64,000 nucleotides of DNA, from positions 1 through 64,000 of the IMG/VR virus record IMGVR_UViG_3300021513_000001; one strand, given 5' to 3'. This document shows positions 38,901 to 51,200 of this stretch, piece after piece. The stretch is from a virus. Both the position numbers and the translations under genes were made by a program. Positions within the stretch are counted from its first letter, which is position 1. Each line of letters starts with the position of its first letter. Under the pieces are notes generated by a model. That model saw only the letters and a list, made by a program, of their open reading frames with translations. It was not told where the DNA came from and ran no database searches.

Positions 38901-40790
38901 AGAATGATAAGTTATATATATATCGTACCACACATTAACATTAAACAAACAAAAACACTCTACTGAAACTTTTGTGTTTACACAGCATAAATCTACTTTA
39001 AATTTTCCATCTTCCATATACACATCTAAAACTTCTGGTATCCTTACTATATATCTTTTAAATTCTAAAGACATGGCTTTAATACTGACAAACAAAGTAA
39101 AACACTTTAAACCGTCCTCAATGGGGTTATTAGCAAAAATTCTATAACAAGCTAAAGTATTAATACCAGTAAATTTTGTAGCATTTTGAACCAAGTCATA
39201 TTCAAATAAAAGATTACTTTTAGTATTAGAATCAATTGTATATGTCCTAATATCAAAATAATCATACAAAGGCCTATATCCAAAAACACTCTGCTCCTTA
39301 ACAACCGAAACATAGTCATTATTAACAACAGAAAAAGGCCCACCAACTTGACATATTTTATATTTTGTATCAAAATCAACATTCATTAATACAGACGGTA
39401 ATTCAAAATTTCTAAAATCATTAGAATAAATCCTATAAAGCCTAGCTCGTGTTTTATCATAAAATAAAACATAATTATCTATATAAAAAAGTTTTGATAT
39501 ATTTTTACAATAAATATATCTAAGAACAACCCCAAACTTATCTATTATTACTAATCTATCTTCAAGAAGAAGTATAAAAACACCATTGTTATACAAAACA
39601 TCAACAATACGATACCTATCTAATGAAAATCCATACGACGTTGTTATATAATTATCATGGGCATACATTAAATTATTATAAAGACTTGATATTGTACTTC
39701 TTTTAAGCCTGTCTCCGTATAAAACCATTAACGTGTTATTATAATAATCTAAAACCCACACAGCATAATCTGTTTTATATATAAAAATATTATCATTATC
39801 GTATATATTAGATTTTGAAATTGGATAATTTATAGACCTACAACATATATCATAAACAGAAGCTGGACATGGTTTTTTACTTACAAACAGGCCGCAACTA
39901 TACATTTTTGACGAAAACAAAGTACTTTGTATATTAATAGAAGATATATTAATATTTATTGGTTTTTCTTTATTTAAATGAAAATTAATAAGCTTACCGC
40001 TACCAATCAAAAAATAATTACAATAAATAAACACATCTGTATCTTCTTTATTTACGAAATATTCAAAATCTAAAACACAAGGGGTATTAATAGGAAGTTT
40101 AAAAGGGCCTATCTTTGTATTTTTTGAATACATGTATAAACCTTCTGCTGTGGTTTTAACTAAAAACTCACCAGCACCAATAGATCTTAAATAAATTGTT
40201 TCTGTACCAGATCCTGAAAAAGTAATAGTTGTATTTCTTCCGGCATAAAAAACTATTAAAGACTCTGTATAAACATCCGATTCTCCATTTCCATATTCAA
40301 TAGTAGTAGTAGGAGGATTATTAGTGTTGATATATAAAACATAATAAGCTTCTGGAATATTACCAGACCACACCTGCCCACCAGCAGACACCGCCTCCTT
40401 ATAAACTATATCCCACTTATCATCCCAAACAAAAAATAAATAATTATATACATTTGTTAACTCTAAAACAAAAGTAACTGTATTATAAACGTTTGTAGGC
40501 TTGATAATTAAGTTGGTTTTATTATTCGAATCAAATTTTAAACAACCACCAAGACTAGAAGATATAACAACATAAGCGTCATCTATAAAATATGAAACTC
40601 CAACGAATTTACACAAGTTTTCTTTTATATAAAATCCTTCGTTTATTGTATCTATATACCTAGAAAAATCACCAATAGGAAAATCAGAGACTAGTACATT
40701 GTTTTTATATATTCTACTGGAACTGTTAGTTACAAAATTAACAGCTTCCCCATTAATTTTTGGAAATATGTCATAATTATTTTTTATCAT
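35937..40790 (-). CDS. large beta-rich protein with LamG/ConA-like and propeller-like domains
   Basis: Two LamG-type segments (WYDIYITY...IYVNG; WVFVAIYV...ILVDG). Confidence 0.7.
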   Translation of the reverse strand: MIKNNYDIFPKINGEAVNFVTNSSSRIYKNNVLVSDFPIGDFSRYIDTINEGFYIKENLCKFVGVSYFIDDAYVVISSSLGGCLKFDSNNKTNLIIKPTNVYNTVTFVLELTNVYNYLFFVWDDKWDIVYKEAVSAGGQVWSGNIPEAYYVLYINTNNPPTTTIEYGNGESDVYTESLIVFYAGRNTTITFSGSGTETIYLRSIGAGEFLVKTTAEGLYMYSKNTKIGPFKLPINTPCVLDFEYFVNKEDTDVFIYCNYFLIGSGKLINFHLNKEKPININISSINIQSTLFSSKMYSCGLFVSKKPCPASVYDICCRSINYPISKSNIYDNDNIFIYKTDYAVWVLDYYNNTLMVLYGDRLKRSTISSLYNNLMYAHDNYITTSYGFSLDRYRIVDVLYNNGVFILLLEDRLVIIDKFGVVLRYIYCKNISKLFYIDNYVLFYDKTRARLYRIYSNDFRNFELPSVLMNVDFDTKYKICQVGGPFSVVNNDYVSVVKEQSVFGYRPLYDYFDIRTYTIDSNTKSNLLFEYDLVQNATKFTGINTLACYRIFANNPIEDGLKCFTLFVSIKAMSLEFKRYIVRIPEVLDVYMEDGKFKVDLCCVNTKVSVECFCLFNVNVWYDIYITYHSSTGIYIYVNGNEAGKKEFSYDTGGTLGQKYITIGGYGFDSYSAYKFKGFIRGKCFISRSFVNETVVRDLNKNGVRDPKTFSEYNTYIDAAGVTDLLYENGLMFVGTYDGLYIYETTSFKLIKILGAGSAVLDLKKFNDNVFANLIDIPASGELVGLPGNVVKINEELYGKIFLSGNKACNSCIYNGNTYVELVNGSAFVIDVSDYFGKNTNVGYYNLGKFSIDSLNNEIQLVGEFGYDEKNDVVLGDTYANSILSDKAIACCTSEWGSSSAYAEDVCMSSILYYNDITRSFYDLFLDIKYQNESNVFVNLFDILVELNYVLLCQNPYEYTYKFIIGRHGVINYPYEPVSISIAESLAGFLGISPCRLYHSESSLFNLSRIKFCFEVSSDNFKLLKERKTKVLENYIESSSRFAYDFRGGLGNGVKHRIEDGFVFGTFDGNAYFINNEFNDTPVYNFSAEFVLRLTSVEEFNPIFSKSTKSKLSYGLALYGRELKFLFGQNGINSVLDLDTSINVGGWVFVAIYVSDTYIDILVDGVYKRIPFYGIIDVVESEVYVGFGISLNNRASNFVGDMLYFDINKSGSLVSINYDYSIYITSKVNENFYDEVVNLDKYYNVDNTTFKIASTFYSSPSNPLTRFFRLYDFYFIGSDRICEVSSVEENSIFSRALLKKVIKINVDTLDYVLHSFTGCSDFAYDGVGGLYSITKDNEIEYSLENISNIDKLKYITTIKYLNNFVLLGTIGGVVKINNIFDDNLMKQYWLFDNGVNDILVSDDNVYIASGKSLGFVQIKYLEDILDGVIVRKVIPVYSGDSVIKSVIQCNSKIYILSNEKIINITDGVEVCYCGKANGLFNYNNDVLVVYDNYIKRVKDDKIILTISEKITDVSYGDFLVVSSSSGFYIFDDVFDEFRINLVGIEGILKDFAPVSNYCYHVYINNNHVVYIYRDVAGIRLLEFDLNNKIKINDVILVSLTDGSFSDFVPITLDSIGR

Positions 40791-40798
40791 TATACAGC

Positions 40799-43700
40799 CT
40801 AAACTAACAAAGACGAACCATAAACTTCATTTACAGATAATTTTCCATTTAAATATACAGTTATATTTGTGATAATATTTGTTTCATTATTCTTTATATT
40901 TAAAACTATAGTTCCTTTTAATATCTTTTCCAACACATCCTTATTAACATTAAAATAAAATATAGATTTTTTATCATAACAAGTACCTATTAGATTATAA
41001 TTAAATACTAAAGAACCCTCTCCTATATTACCAAAAGAATCATAATAACTATGACTTACATTATATTCCGTAGCAACTACTGTTATTGATGTAACTTTTT
41101 TTCCAGACAAGTTGGAATAATCACACCTTATCACTATATTTGAAAATACAACAGCCTGTAACATATTTGGATTAACTAAAATCTTCATATCTAAACTATT
41201 TCCAAAAGATAAACTACACGCTATTGTCTTTAAAACAGACAAATATGAAGGGTTATCGTAACTATAAATTGTTGATTCAGGATTTAAACTTGTAACCATA
41301 TTATTACCAAAAACTTTCCTCCCGCAAAAATCAAAACCAACATACCTTGAAAGATTTGATACTCTAAAATTATAACCAGTAGTATCAAAATCACCATAAT
41401 ATCCACAAAAATAAACTACTCTTCCGCTAAAATTATTACCTATTGGATAAAAATGATAAGGCAAACTTTTTGTAAAATTTGTATCATATACAAACACCTG
41501 CTTATTAATACGTAAAACAGTTTCAGGATTTCCTATTGACACAGCTATATATATATAATTATTAAAAAACTCTGATATACTATCTGTTATTATATGATCA
41601 TTATCTCTCATTACAACATACAAATATTTATCTTTAACATCTATATTAATCCACGGAAATAAATCTATTATTTTTGTATCATCATAAGTTAAATAAACAA
41701 GTATTTCTATATTAAAAATATCATAATTAACATTATCAAAAATATTATTATTTAAAGTTAAAACATGCGAAATATCTAAATTTCCATTTATAAACTGCAA
41801 TGAATGAATACAATTGTCACCAGAAAAAGAAGAATCTATTTCAAAGACATCATTATCCAAAGTTAAATTCGCAACGTTTTCAAATATTTGACTATAAAAA
41901 GCGCGACCATAAGGTATAGAATCATAAAATTGTGCTGTTACTCCATCAGAAATTGTATCACAATAAAGTTTAGATGAAAAATTAGTTAATTTAGCAACAA
42001 ACCAAGAATCCCAATCATCGTTATTTAACATTACCTCTAACCACCCACTTGTTTCAACGAATAAATTCTGAGGTGACTTCCATAGAGTATACCAAAACCC
42101 ACTATTCCCCATTTGTGCATAAGTATACCCACTATAATCTGTAAAAAATCTTATACCGCACGGAGAAATAACAAGTCTTTCTTCCATTGTATTGTTTTTA
42201 TAACCATCATAATAATATTCACACTTAATATACATATAATCATATTTAACATAATTTATAATTATATTTATATAATTTCCAGAAATAAATTTATACTTAA
42301 ATTTTATAGACCAATCTCTATTAATACTATATTCTAAAAATTCGCAAAATATAGACACATCAAATATAACATTATACGATATAGCCTTCGATTTAATTTT
42401 TTTCGTTAATCTAGAATCAAGAACAAGACCTTCTTCAGCTTGTGGTTTTATATATGACCTGTACTCCCATTTAGACACATCTATCTTACCATCCGATTCT
42501 ATAAATCTATCAGATGGAGAAACCTTAATAGGTTTGTCGCTTGAAACTACTACGTTATTAATCTTTATCCAAGGAGCACTATCACCACCACTTATCTTAT
42601 TCCAAGTATTTATTATTTCATTTTCTGTTTTAATTGTACTTGTTATACACAGCTCTTCAATACAAACTTGTTTTTTATAGTGATAGCCGGAATAATACCC
42701 AGACACTATGTTTAATCGTTCTGAATTATTTACTATTGTTAATTTATCTGTATATTTAATTCCTGCGTTTTCACCATTTATATAAAATGATACAGTGTTT
42801 GTTCCAATAACAACACAAAGATAAGTTATATCACCAATCCGTATTTGTCTATTAGCATAAATTATATTATCACCTTCCCAAGACCATTTAAAATAAGGTA
42901 TATGCTTATCACTTATACCAACACAATATGCTATATTATAAGCAGCAGTTCCCTTTGTTAAAAGAGTTCCATCAAACCCATTATCATCAAAATGTGTAAA
43001 TAAAAACTCAATTGTAAAATTATTATTTAAATTTAATACACTGCTATGCTCAATATAAAAATAACTTCTCCCCCAGCACTCTATACATTTATGAAAAATA
43101 CCATTTTCATTGTACATAACTCCATAATATCCATAATACGCATTACATATTAAATGATTAGGCCCTATGTCCTGAAGTGCTGATAAATCAAAACTAAGCA
43201 TTATAATCGAAGAAGATGCGTCAAAACAATAGTCTGAACGTTCTATCGCAGGTAAAGGTAAAGACAAATACAAAGCAACATAGCCGTAGGGATCTATAAT
43301 ATCACAATATCCAAATGTGTAATTATCTATTTTAGCAGCACTAAAAGTTATAGAATCATACCTAGGTGGAGATATATATATAGTATCAGACTCATTAACA
43401 CAATTACCATGTACATCTTTTATTTTATAAGTACCAATATATTTTTTTGTTATATTATTATATGTTTTACATGACTTATTAGCCTTAAAATAAATATATT
43501 TATATTCATAAGAACTCGTATTAAAATAAATACCAACACCTGTACTATATGCAGAATATCCGTAATAGTTAGTAATACCATGATACTCAGTTAACATTGG
43601 AAAAATATCAAATTCCATATTAACTCTTATTTGAACAGAACTATTAGATCCTTTTTCTTCAATATGAGTACCTAACAAAAAGTCTATACATTCATACAAA

Positions 43701-46700
43701 ACAGCGCCCTTTAATAATAAACCATTTCCATCACATACAAACTTACTATCATCAAAAAACAAAATAGAGTCATCTAAATAAGAAGAAGGATCATTGAAAT
43801 CTACAACAATAATATATTTAGTAGCCAATTTTGCTCCATTTAAATAAATAGAAATTGAACCACCATCAAAAACAACAGCAACAACAGCTAACCTAAAAAC
43901 ATTCGAATGGGATATTGGAACGGACATGTCTACGGCAAGCCCATATATCCTCATTATAAGATGAATCCCACAACTTAAGTCATTAGAATTAATAGTTAAT
44001 ACAAAGTCAGAAGAGTTTTTAATTTCCATAGATCCATCTAAATCTTGAACAAACAAATACATTGAAAAAGAATTTAATTTTTTGAGATCTCCATAAAAAT
44101 AGACACTATATGCATCTTCTCCTGTTATAAATTGACTACATAAATCAGACCCTATTGCACTTTGGTTATATAACGGAAAATGATTATATATAAAATTATA
44201 ATAAAAACTCAAAACTTTTACACTTTCAACATGGGATAACCCAGATATAACTCTAACTCTATTAAATTCTGGACCATATCCATAATACCCTCGTGTAGAA
44301 TATGTAGATCCATCAACCACAGTAATATAATAACCATGTAGTCTATCAAAAATACTTCTATATACTATACATTTACATAATAATGCTGTTGAATCATGGT
44401 AACTCATATGACTATAATTATATAAATCACAATTATAAAAATTAATATTAGAAGTTGTATACAAAAGTATAACATGTGATCCTCCCGATCCGCCATCCCA
44501 AGGTAAAACATAACAATTATACATATTAAACACACCAGAACCGTTACATTTTGTAGTAGTACAATTAATAACAGTTATTCCTGCACTGGCGTTATCTATA
44601 CTTATATATATATCTGTAGAATGTCCAACTCCTATAATGCATATTTGTTTATCTGTTATTACATTATAATTACCTGGATAAAAATAAACCTTATCCCCAT
44701 GTTGAACTAAACCTGAAACATTAGAAAAAGAAGTATACTTTTGGTTTTTACCTACAAGATAAATCTTATAAAGAGAGGTTGGAACAAACAAATAATCAGA
44801 AAACAAACTTATCCTATTAAATTTAGAAACCTGCTGTATACCACCTACTACTTGTTCAAAAGTTTTAACAGAAATATTATTATCTACCAAATCAGAAGAT
44901 AAACAAAAACCAGAAGACGTAAGCTCGTAACAAGCCTTGTGTGATTGTCCTACGTAACTACCTGCAACTTTATCAATAAACAAGTTTGGTGGATAAGTAT
45001 TAAACCCAACACCGGTTTTAACAAGATTATCAGTACCATCAAGCGCAGTATATTTATAACCAACAGCTATAGAAGAAAAATTAACAAAATAATCATTTGC
45101 TTCAAAACCAAACAAACACCCAGAACCAACAGCATGCGGAAAATTTTTATTATAAAATATAAGCTCAAGACCTAAACAATCAGAAGAAAAAGAATAACTA
45201 CTATATATATTTGTTCCACTACAAGCATCAACATAACCAGTTAGAGTAATAACATCTAAAAATCTAGAAACACTAAAAATGTATTCAACAGTACCAGAAA
45301 TACCAGACATGCTGGTACTTATATCTCCATATAAAGAACTTGCTATTATATTACATCCAGAAGAACTTACCCAATCTGTTTTTATATAACACTCATTTCC
45401 AGAATAATCCCTTAAATATAGTTGTGAATTAAAAGGATAATAATTAATACCAGAAACAGACAAACTAAATTTATCTTCTAACATGTACTCAGAATACACA
45501 TATAAAACATCATCTAAAGCAACATGTATACAAGTTACTCCACTCGTTGTACAAACAGCAGTTCCTCCGTAATAATAAAAAGAAGAAGGCCTTATTTCTG
45601 TTGGTACTGTTTGATCCCAATTGCTATTTACATTTAATCTTATTCTTGAACACCTTGTTGGTGGTACTATTATAGTATGTCTAATTGGCCAAGAAGTGCC
45701 AGACAAAACAGGAGAAACATAATTGTTTAATACTATATTCCAACTGCTGTCATAATAAGCCAACACATCACAAGAAATACTGAACCCGTCTTCGGGATTT
45801 ATATAATCTGACGTAATATATACATCTACAGAATCAACAAAAGAAACCTCATTAAACTGTAACCTAAAATAATCACTATCTGTTAAAACATCCCCATAAT
45901 TACAAATACGTTCAGAAATATTACCATCAAACATTTTAGTAATACTACCAAAATTTGTATAAGTATCTCCACCGTTATAAATAGGTATCCACCCAGGCTG
46001 GTTACAAATATAAACACCGTAAGGATCACAGACTAATCTCCACCTCTCTATTATAAAACCACGTTCAAAATTATCACTTATACCTAAAAAACTATAATTA
46101 TTAATATTAAATATTCCACTAATAGAGACATCTTGATATGAGCTAAAGGAACATTCTAAATCATAAAAAGCACAATCATACAAAACTATTTTATTTGACA
46201 GAACATTACTACTTATGTTATAAAATAATTCATTATAACTATCATCCAAGTTATAATATTCAGGTAATGAATAATCAAAACATTTATTAGTTAAGGTTTT
46301 TATATTTTTTTGTGCCGTAGAAATATATACTTTATCTATAAAAGCCCACGTTTCACAATCGTTCTTTATAAAATATCTCATATAATCGTAATCAGAAGTA
46401 ATAACACCAGAAGCCAACACTCCTACATTAGATCCAGATATCAAAACATAAAAACCATCAAAATAAAAATATATTGAATCATTACTATTTATGTCCAAAC
46501 CAGAAAAAGTTGTCTCACCTATATATAAAATCCCACTACTATCAACTGCCGTACTATTTATATTTGGAAATACTGGTATAGACTCAACACCAAGTAAAAC
46601 CCCAAAACTCAAAGAATTCACCCAATCAATGTTAGAAAATTCTACAACACTGGCTGGACTAATAGGATCAAACACTTTTGAATAATTACGTATATATAAA

Positions 46701-48238
46701 CCAGAATTTGTAGTAATAAAATTATCATTTATATAATTATAATTGGTAAAACTTTCTGCTACTATTTTCCTTGATAAAACTGTTATATCTGAAAAATAAG
46801 TTAAAAATGTCTTATCATTTTCACAAACAAAACAATTATAAACATCTTCTTTAAACGGCGGTCTACTGACATAAAAATAGTCAGAAGTTAAACAAACTTC
46901 ACCGCCAGCAATAGAATAACCAACATAATAATCAAAATTTGAAAAAATAATTGGAACATTGTTTATACCAGAACCTGTACCAATATAATTATAATCTTTT
47001 GGATAAAAATTATCAACACCAAACAAAACCTTATTAACTTCATGTGATTTTATAAGGGCTGTACTAGAAATAACGGATACATACTTATCCAAAATTACAT
47101 CATAAGATTCTCGTGTTGGATACTTGTCTTCATATAAAGCAAACGAATCTATAATTAAAGTATTATTTGTTATTATATTTAAATATCCACCAGAAATTGT
47201 AACACAATCACAATCAACATAAATATCCTCGCCGTTTAATATAATCCCAAACTTATTATCTTTATAATAACACCTCATAAAATAATAATTATTTATTGAA
47301 GAAACCGTACCACTAACCGTTATTACGCCGCTTGTTGTTACAATTCTACCATAAAAAATCTCATTAACTGCGTCGATTTCTGTCCATATATTAGGGTTAC
47401 TCATAATAAAACTAAAACCATCAAATATTGCCCCATCAGAAATACTAAAAGGAATAGAATTACCAACAGCCCTAAAAGCAATATCAAAAACAAAACCACC
47501 ACATTGTGTTAATATATTACTAGCTTTAGATTTTAAATATCCTAAATCAGATTCTTGTGCTGTTATACAATAAGCATCTCCATAAATATCATCTATAACC
47601 TTACCAGTACCTTCTAAAATCATCGGAATAAAACATTCGGAATTAATATTTATATTTTCAAAGTTACCATATATAAAAAAATTATAAGGTAAAAAATAAC
47701 TATCAGTTATATATATTGTTTCAGAATTTATTATTAATTTACCATTATAAAATTTAAAACTAAAACCTGCTTCTTGTAAAAAACAACTATACAAAGTACT
47801 CTCGTTATTTTTTATATATAAATTACTGTCATCAACATAAACCCAAAAAGAAAATACAGGGTTATAAACATCTATAAACGTTACTTTAATTCCAAAATTA
47901 CCATTAAAACTAATTAAAACTTCTGAAGGGCCTAAAAAATTAAAAGTAGATTTATAACCAGACATTATATCTAAATTATGATTAATATCAAAATCATTAT
48001 AAAAAGTTTTATTTGAAAAAGATACACCGCTGCTTTTATATCTACCTGTTGGGAAAAGAAGATCACCAACATTCTTATAAAAACAAAAACAAGCACTACT
48101 ATTAGTATAATCTGACACTATAGATTTTTCTGTAGCAAAATCACAATTAAAATTAAAAACATCAACATAATTAATATCAGAAATATTGCTAATGTTCCCT
48201 GTATAAAAATTGTCATCTGAATATTTTATTGTATACAC
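40799..48238 (-). CDS. giant multidomain protein (LamG, discoidin-like, beta-helix), probable tail fibre/virion protein
   Basis: FTIEF...FYING...IEEL LamG; MFDGN discoidin-like; GDKVYFYPGNY beta-helix cap; GTG start. Confidence 0.7.
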   Translation of the reverse strand: MYTIKYSDDNFYTGNISNISDINYVDVFNFNCDFATEKSIVSDYTNSSACFCFYKNVGDLLFPTGRYKSSGVSFSNKTFYNDFDINHNLDIMSGYKSTFNFLGPSEVLISFNGNFGIKVTFIDVYNPVFSFWVYVDDSNLYIKNNESTLYSCFLQEAGFSFKFYNGKLIINSETIYITDSYFLPYNFFIYGNFENININSECFIPMILEGTGKVIDDIYGDAYCITAQESDLGYLKSKASNILTQCGGFVFDIAFRAVGNSIPFSISDGAIFDGFSFIMSNPNIWTEIDAVNEIFYGRIVTTSGVITVSGTVSSINNYYFMRCYYKDNKFGIILNGEDIYVDCDCVTISGGYLNIITNNTLIIDSFALYEDKYPTRESYDVILDKYVSVISSTALIKSHEVNKVLFGVDNFYPKDYNYIGTGSGINNVPIIFSNFDYYVGYSIAGGEVCLTSDYFYVSRPPFKEDVYNCFVCENDKTFLTYFSDITVLSRKIVAESFTNYNYINDNFITTNSGLYIRNYSKVFDPISPASVVEFSNIDWVNSLSFGVLLGVESIPVFPNINSTAVDSSGILYIGETTFSGLDINSNDSIYFYFDGFYVLISGSNVGVLASGVITSDYDYMRYFIKNDCETWAFIDKVYISTAQKNIKTLTNKCFDYSLPEYYNLDDSYNELFYNISSNVLSNKIVLYDCAFYDLECSFSSYQDVSISGIFNINNYSFLGISDNFERGFIIERWRLVCDPYGVYICNQPGWIPIYNGGDTYTNFGSITKMFDGNISERICNYGDVLTDSDYFRLQFNEVSFVDSVDVYITSDYINPEDGFSISCDVLAYYDSSWNIVLNNYVSPVLSGTSWPIRHTIIVPPTRCSRIRLNVNSNWDQTVPTEIRPSSFYYYGGTAVCTTSGVTCIHVALDDVLYVYSEYMLEDKFSLSVSGINYYPFNSQLYLRDYSGNECYIKTDWVSSSGCNIIASSLYGDISTSMSGISGTVEYIFSVSRFLDVITLTGYVDACSGTNIYSSYSFSSDCLGLELIFYNKNFPHAVGSGCLFGFEANDYFVNFSSIAVGYKYTALDGTDNLVKTGVGFNTYPPNLFIDKVAGSYVGQSHKACYELTSSGFCLSSDLVDNNISVKTFEQVVGGIQQVSKFNRISLFSDYLFVPTSLYKIYLVGKNQKYTSFSNVSGLVQHGDKVYFYPGNYNVITDKQICIIGVGHSTDIYISIDNASAGITVINCTTTKCNGSGVFNMYNCYVLPWDGGSGGSHVILLYTTSNINFYNCDLYNYSHMSYHDSTALLCKCIVYRSIFDRLHGYYITVVDGSTYSTRGYYGYGPEFNRVRVISGLSHVESVKVLSFYYNFIYNHFPLYNQSAIGSDLCSQFITGEDAYSVYFYGDLKKLNSFSMYLFVQDLDGSMEIKNSSDFVLTINSNDLSCGIHLIMRIYGLAVDMSVPISHSNVFRLAVVAVVFDGGSISIYLNGAKLATKYIIVVDFNDPSSYLDDSILFFDDSKFVCDGNGLLLKGAVLYECIDFLLGTHIEEKGSNSSVQIRVNMEFDIFPMLTEYHGITNYYGYSAYSTGVGIYFNTSSYEYKYIYFKANKSCKTYNNITKKYIGTYKIKDVHGNCVNESDTIYISPPRYDSITFSAAKIDNYTFGYCDIIDPYGYVALYLSLPLPAIERSDYCFDASSSIIMLSFDLSALQDIGPNHLICNAYYGYYGVMYNENGIFHKCIECWGRSYFYIEHSSVLNLNNNFTIEFLFTHFDDNGFDGTLLTKGTAAYNIAYCVGISDKHIPYFKWSWEGDNIIYANRQIRIGDITYLCVVIGTNTVSFYINGENAGIKYTDKLTIVNNSERLNIVSGYYSGYHYKKQVCIEELCITSTIKTENEIINTWNKISGGDSAPWIKINNVVVSSDKPIKVSPSDRFIESDGKIDVSKWEYRSYIKPQAEEGLVLDSRLTKKIKSKAISYNVIFDVSIFCEFLEYSINRDWSIKFKYKFISGNYINIIINYVKYDYMYIKCEYYYDGYKNNTMEERLVISPCGIRFFTDYSGYTYAQMGNSGFWYTLWKSPQNLFVETSGWLEVMLNNDDWDSWFVAKLTNFSSKLYCDTISDGVTAQFYDSIPYGRAFYSQIFENVANLTLDNDVFEIDSSFSGDNCIHSLQFINGNLDISHVLTLNNNIFDNVNYDIFNIEILVYLTYDDTKIIDLFPWINIDVKDKYLYVVMRDNDHIITDSISEFFNNYIYIAVSIGNPETVLRINKQVFVYDTNFTKSLPYHFYPIGNNFSGRVVYFCGYYGDFDTTGYNFRVSNLSRYVGFDFCGRKVFGNNMVTSLNPESTIYSYDNPSYLSVLKTIACSLSFGNSLDMKILVNPNMLQAVVFSNIVIRCDYSNLSGKKVTSITVVATEYNVSHSYYDSFGNIGEGSLVFNYNLIGTCYDKKSIFYFNVNKDVLEKILKGTIVLNIKNNETNIITNITVYLNGKLSVNEVYGSSLLV

Positions 48239-48240
48239 GA

Positions 48241-51200
48241 TTATCTCACAATATCTTCAGATAAAGCAATGAGTTTTACAGAATAAATATCTTCTTGATC
48301 ATCAAGTGGTACATTTAATTTCACAAAAAAATCCTTAGCAGAATGTGGTAATATAGGCCCCACCCTAACTGGCAAACCAAAATAAATCCTATTTAATATT
48401 GGAGTAGCGTTTCTATTAGAACCGGCTTTAAAAACCGCTTTCAATTGAACATACCTTTTTCCTATAACAAACCCAGAACTTTTTGATCCTAATGGAACCC
48501 AATCAAGCAAATCAGACCACACCAAATCATTATTAGATAAATAATCCAAAGTATAATATGTTGTTTTATTTGTAGGATTATAATCAAAAAATACAACATT
48601 ACCGCTATTTATATAAGGGAGTGGATAATTAGACACTGCAATAAAACTATTCTTAGTATAAATAGATAAATTAGAATCTACAATTAAAATTACATAATCA
48701 TAAGTAATCTTATATATATCATTAACTTTATCAATTCCTGTGTCTAAAAATTCAAGCTCATATCCCGAATTTGACTCAACAAAGCGCATTCTCTTTAAAT
48801 TTCCACCTAACGTTACATAATACATCCACTCTGTGACATAATCAAATTCTATACATTTACTGAAATCGATATCATCAACTGTATAATTATAATATACACC
48901 ATCTTTATTAAGCAAAACAGAACTGTCGCTATTCTTTATAACAACACTGCCATAATAAATACTAAATATACGATAAGCGTTAATAACGTAGTCTTCTTCA
49001 CCTAACATATAATTATAGACATAAACACCTTCATCAACAGCAACCGACAATCTTTGTGCATATTTATCCCAAGAAACGTGGTTTACTGAACTATAAACAA
49101 CACTGGCCCTCATACATGGTATTCCGAGATGTTGTGGAAAACCAACAAGATATTTATCAGAAGTATAATACAAAATATAAGAACCGTTGTAAGAAAACCA
49201 GGTTTTCACTACATTTGCCAAAGTATATCCGGTTAAATCAAAGACATTTATAGGAGTAATATAATTAGTACTATTATAAACAGAACCATCGACTGTTACT
49301 TTAATTACATCATTATCATAATAGACATCACAAGACTTAGAAAGATTAACACTAAACTCGTTAAAAACTTTTCCCGTAGCCAAAGACAACTCTATAAAAG
49401 TATTAGTATTATCAATATAATAAATATGACAAAAATCAACAGGTTTATCGTTGGCGTAACGTATATAAAATTCTAAGTAAGCATCTCTTGTAAGACTATA
49501 CTCAAAATTATAAGCAATAATTCCAATTTCTCCAACATCAATAACAGGAGAAACAAAGGTTCCAACGTCATAATATTTAGTTGAAGTATCAAATACGTTA
49601 CTTCCTATATAAACTAAACCATACACTGACTGCCCAGCAACAGTATTAAGTGTTGTTTCCACAAAACAATTTTTAATTATTTGAGTCTCAAAATTATAAT
49701 CACAATTATTGTTATAATTCTTCCTCAAATTTGTAACTTGCGGTGTTGAGGTAATAACATCAAGTTTAATCATAGTATAATCAGATAAATAATATATATA
49801 ATCAGAAATATAATCATATATACTATAAACACGTTTTACACCATCATAGCGATAATCTGGTGGATTAGGTGGAATTGAAGTATTATAACTACTTTGTGGA
49901 AGTCTTGATTCATTAATCACATTATAATCCATTAAAATTCTAGCTATTAATTTCCCAGAAGCATTATAACTTATATCAAAAAATTCTTGATTAGATAAAA
50001 CCCTATTAAAACAGGTAAATTCTGTAAGCCTACCTTTACATCCATTATGATAAAAACCGGTGCTATTTTTATACGGAGACCCTGTAGTATACATAAAGTG
50101 TAATATAGAATTAGAATTATAACCAGAACATGAAGTACTAATACTAGACGATGTAATATTCTGGCCATTAATATATAAATTTATACATGTACCACTAGCA
50201 CAAGACAATGAAGCACCAAAATCTACCCAATCTCCTTTAGATACTCCAGCAGACGACATCGGATAAACTAAAGTTAAACTTGTTTCACCTTTTCTGCAGC
50301 AAGAAATAATATCATTATTATCAAAACCAACTTCAAAACCATCTTTACCTCCATTCGGACTATCAAGCACAATTGGCATATACGTATCCCTATCTGGTAT
50401 TTTAACCCTAAAATTTAAAGAAAACTCATACCCTGTTTTAAAACCAACACTACCACCAAGCCACCTAAAATTATAATATTGACTAACACTACAAGCATAT
50501 ATAGATCCTCTTTCTGGTATATCTGAATCGTCAACATTAAAATAATAACCCGTATAAAAATAATAATTATTCATTAGGTTGTTAAATCTACTATTAGTAC
50601 AGGGGTTATATATTATACAACCATAATCATATAAATCTTCCAAAGAATCAAATACATAATCAACCGAGCCAGAAGGTGTAGGAACAGTCATATCAAAAGT
50701 ATAACTTAAAGCCCTAGAGGTATACTGAGAAACAGCCAAAAATAAAAATTTATTAATAACATTATAATTTAAATCACATGTAAAAGAAGTACCTCCTAGC
50801 GATAAGTTTTCTCCAGAATTACTTTTACCAACAACAGATGAATAAGGCAAATAATATAAACTATGTATAATATCTGTATCAACATTTATATATCCAAAAA
50901 AAGAATAATACCTATCAGGAACCTCATCATAATTTTGATGTACATAGCCACCTAAACTTTCCCCAGCAATATAAATTTTTTTATCTAAATCCCAAACCGC
51001 CGATATAATAGTACAATTAGAAACACTAGAATATGTCTTTGGAGAAGAAATAGGAATCCAAGTATCTATAGATATTATATATTTATAATAATGACCTTTA
51101 TTAAAATTAATATAATAAACATAATCATAAGTTTCTACTAAAAACCCGTGTTCCACGTCAATTATATTATTTGTAACTACAGAAGATAAATTTGTATACT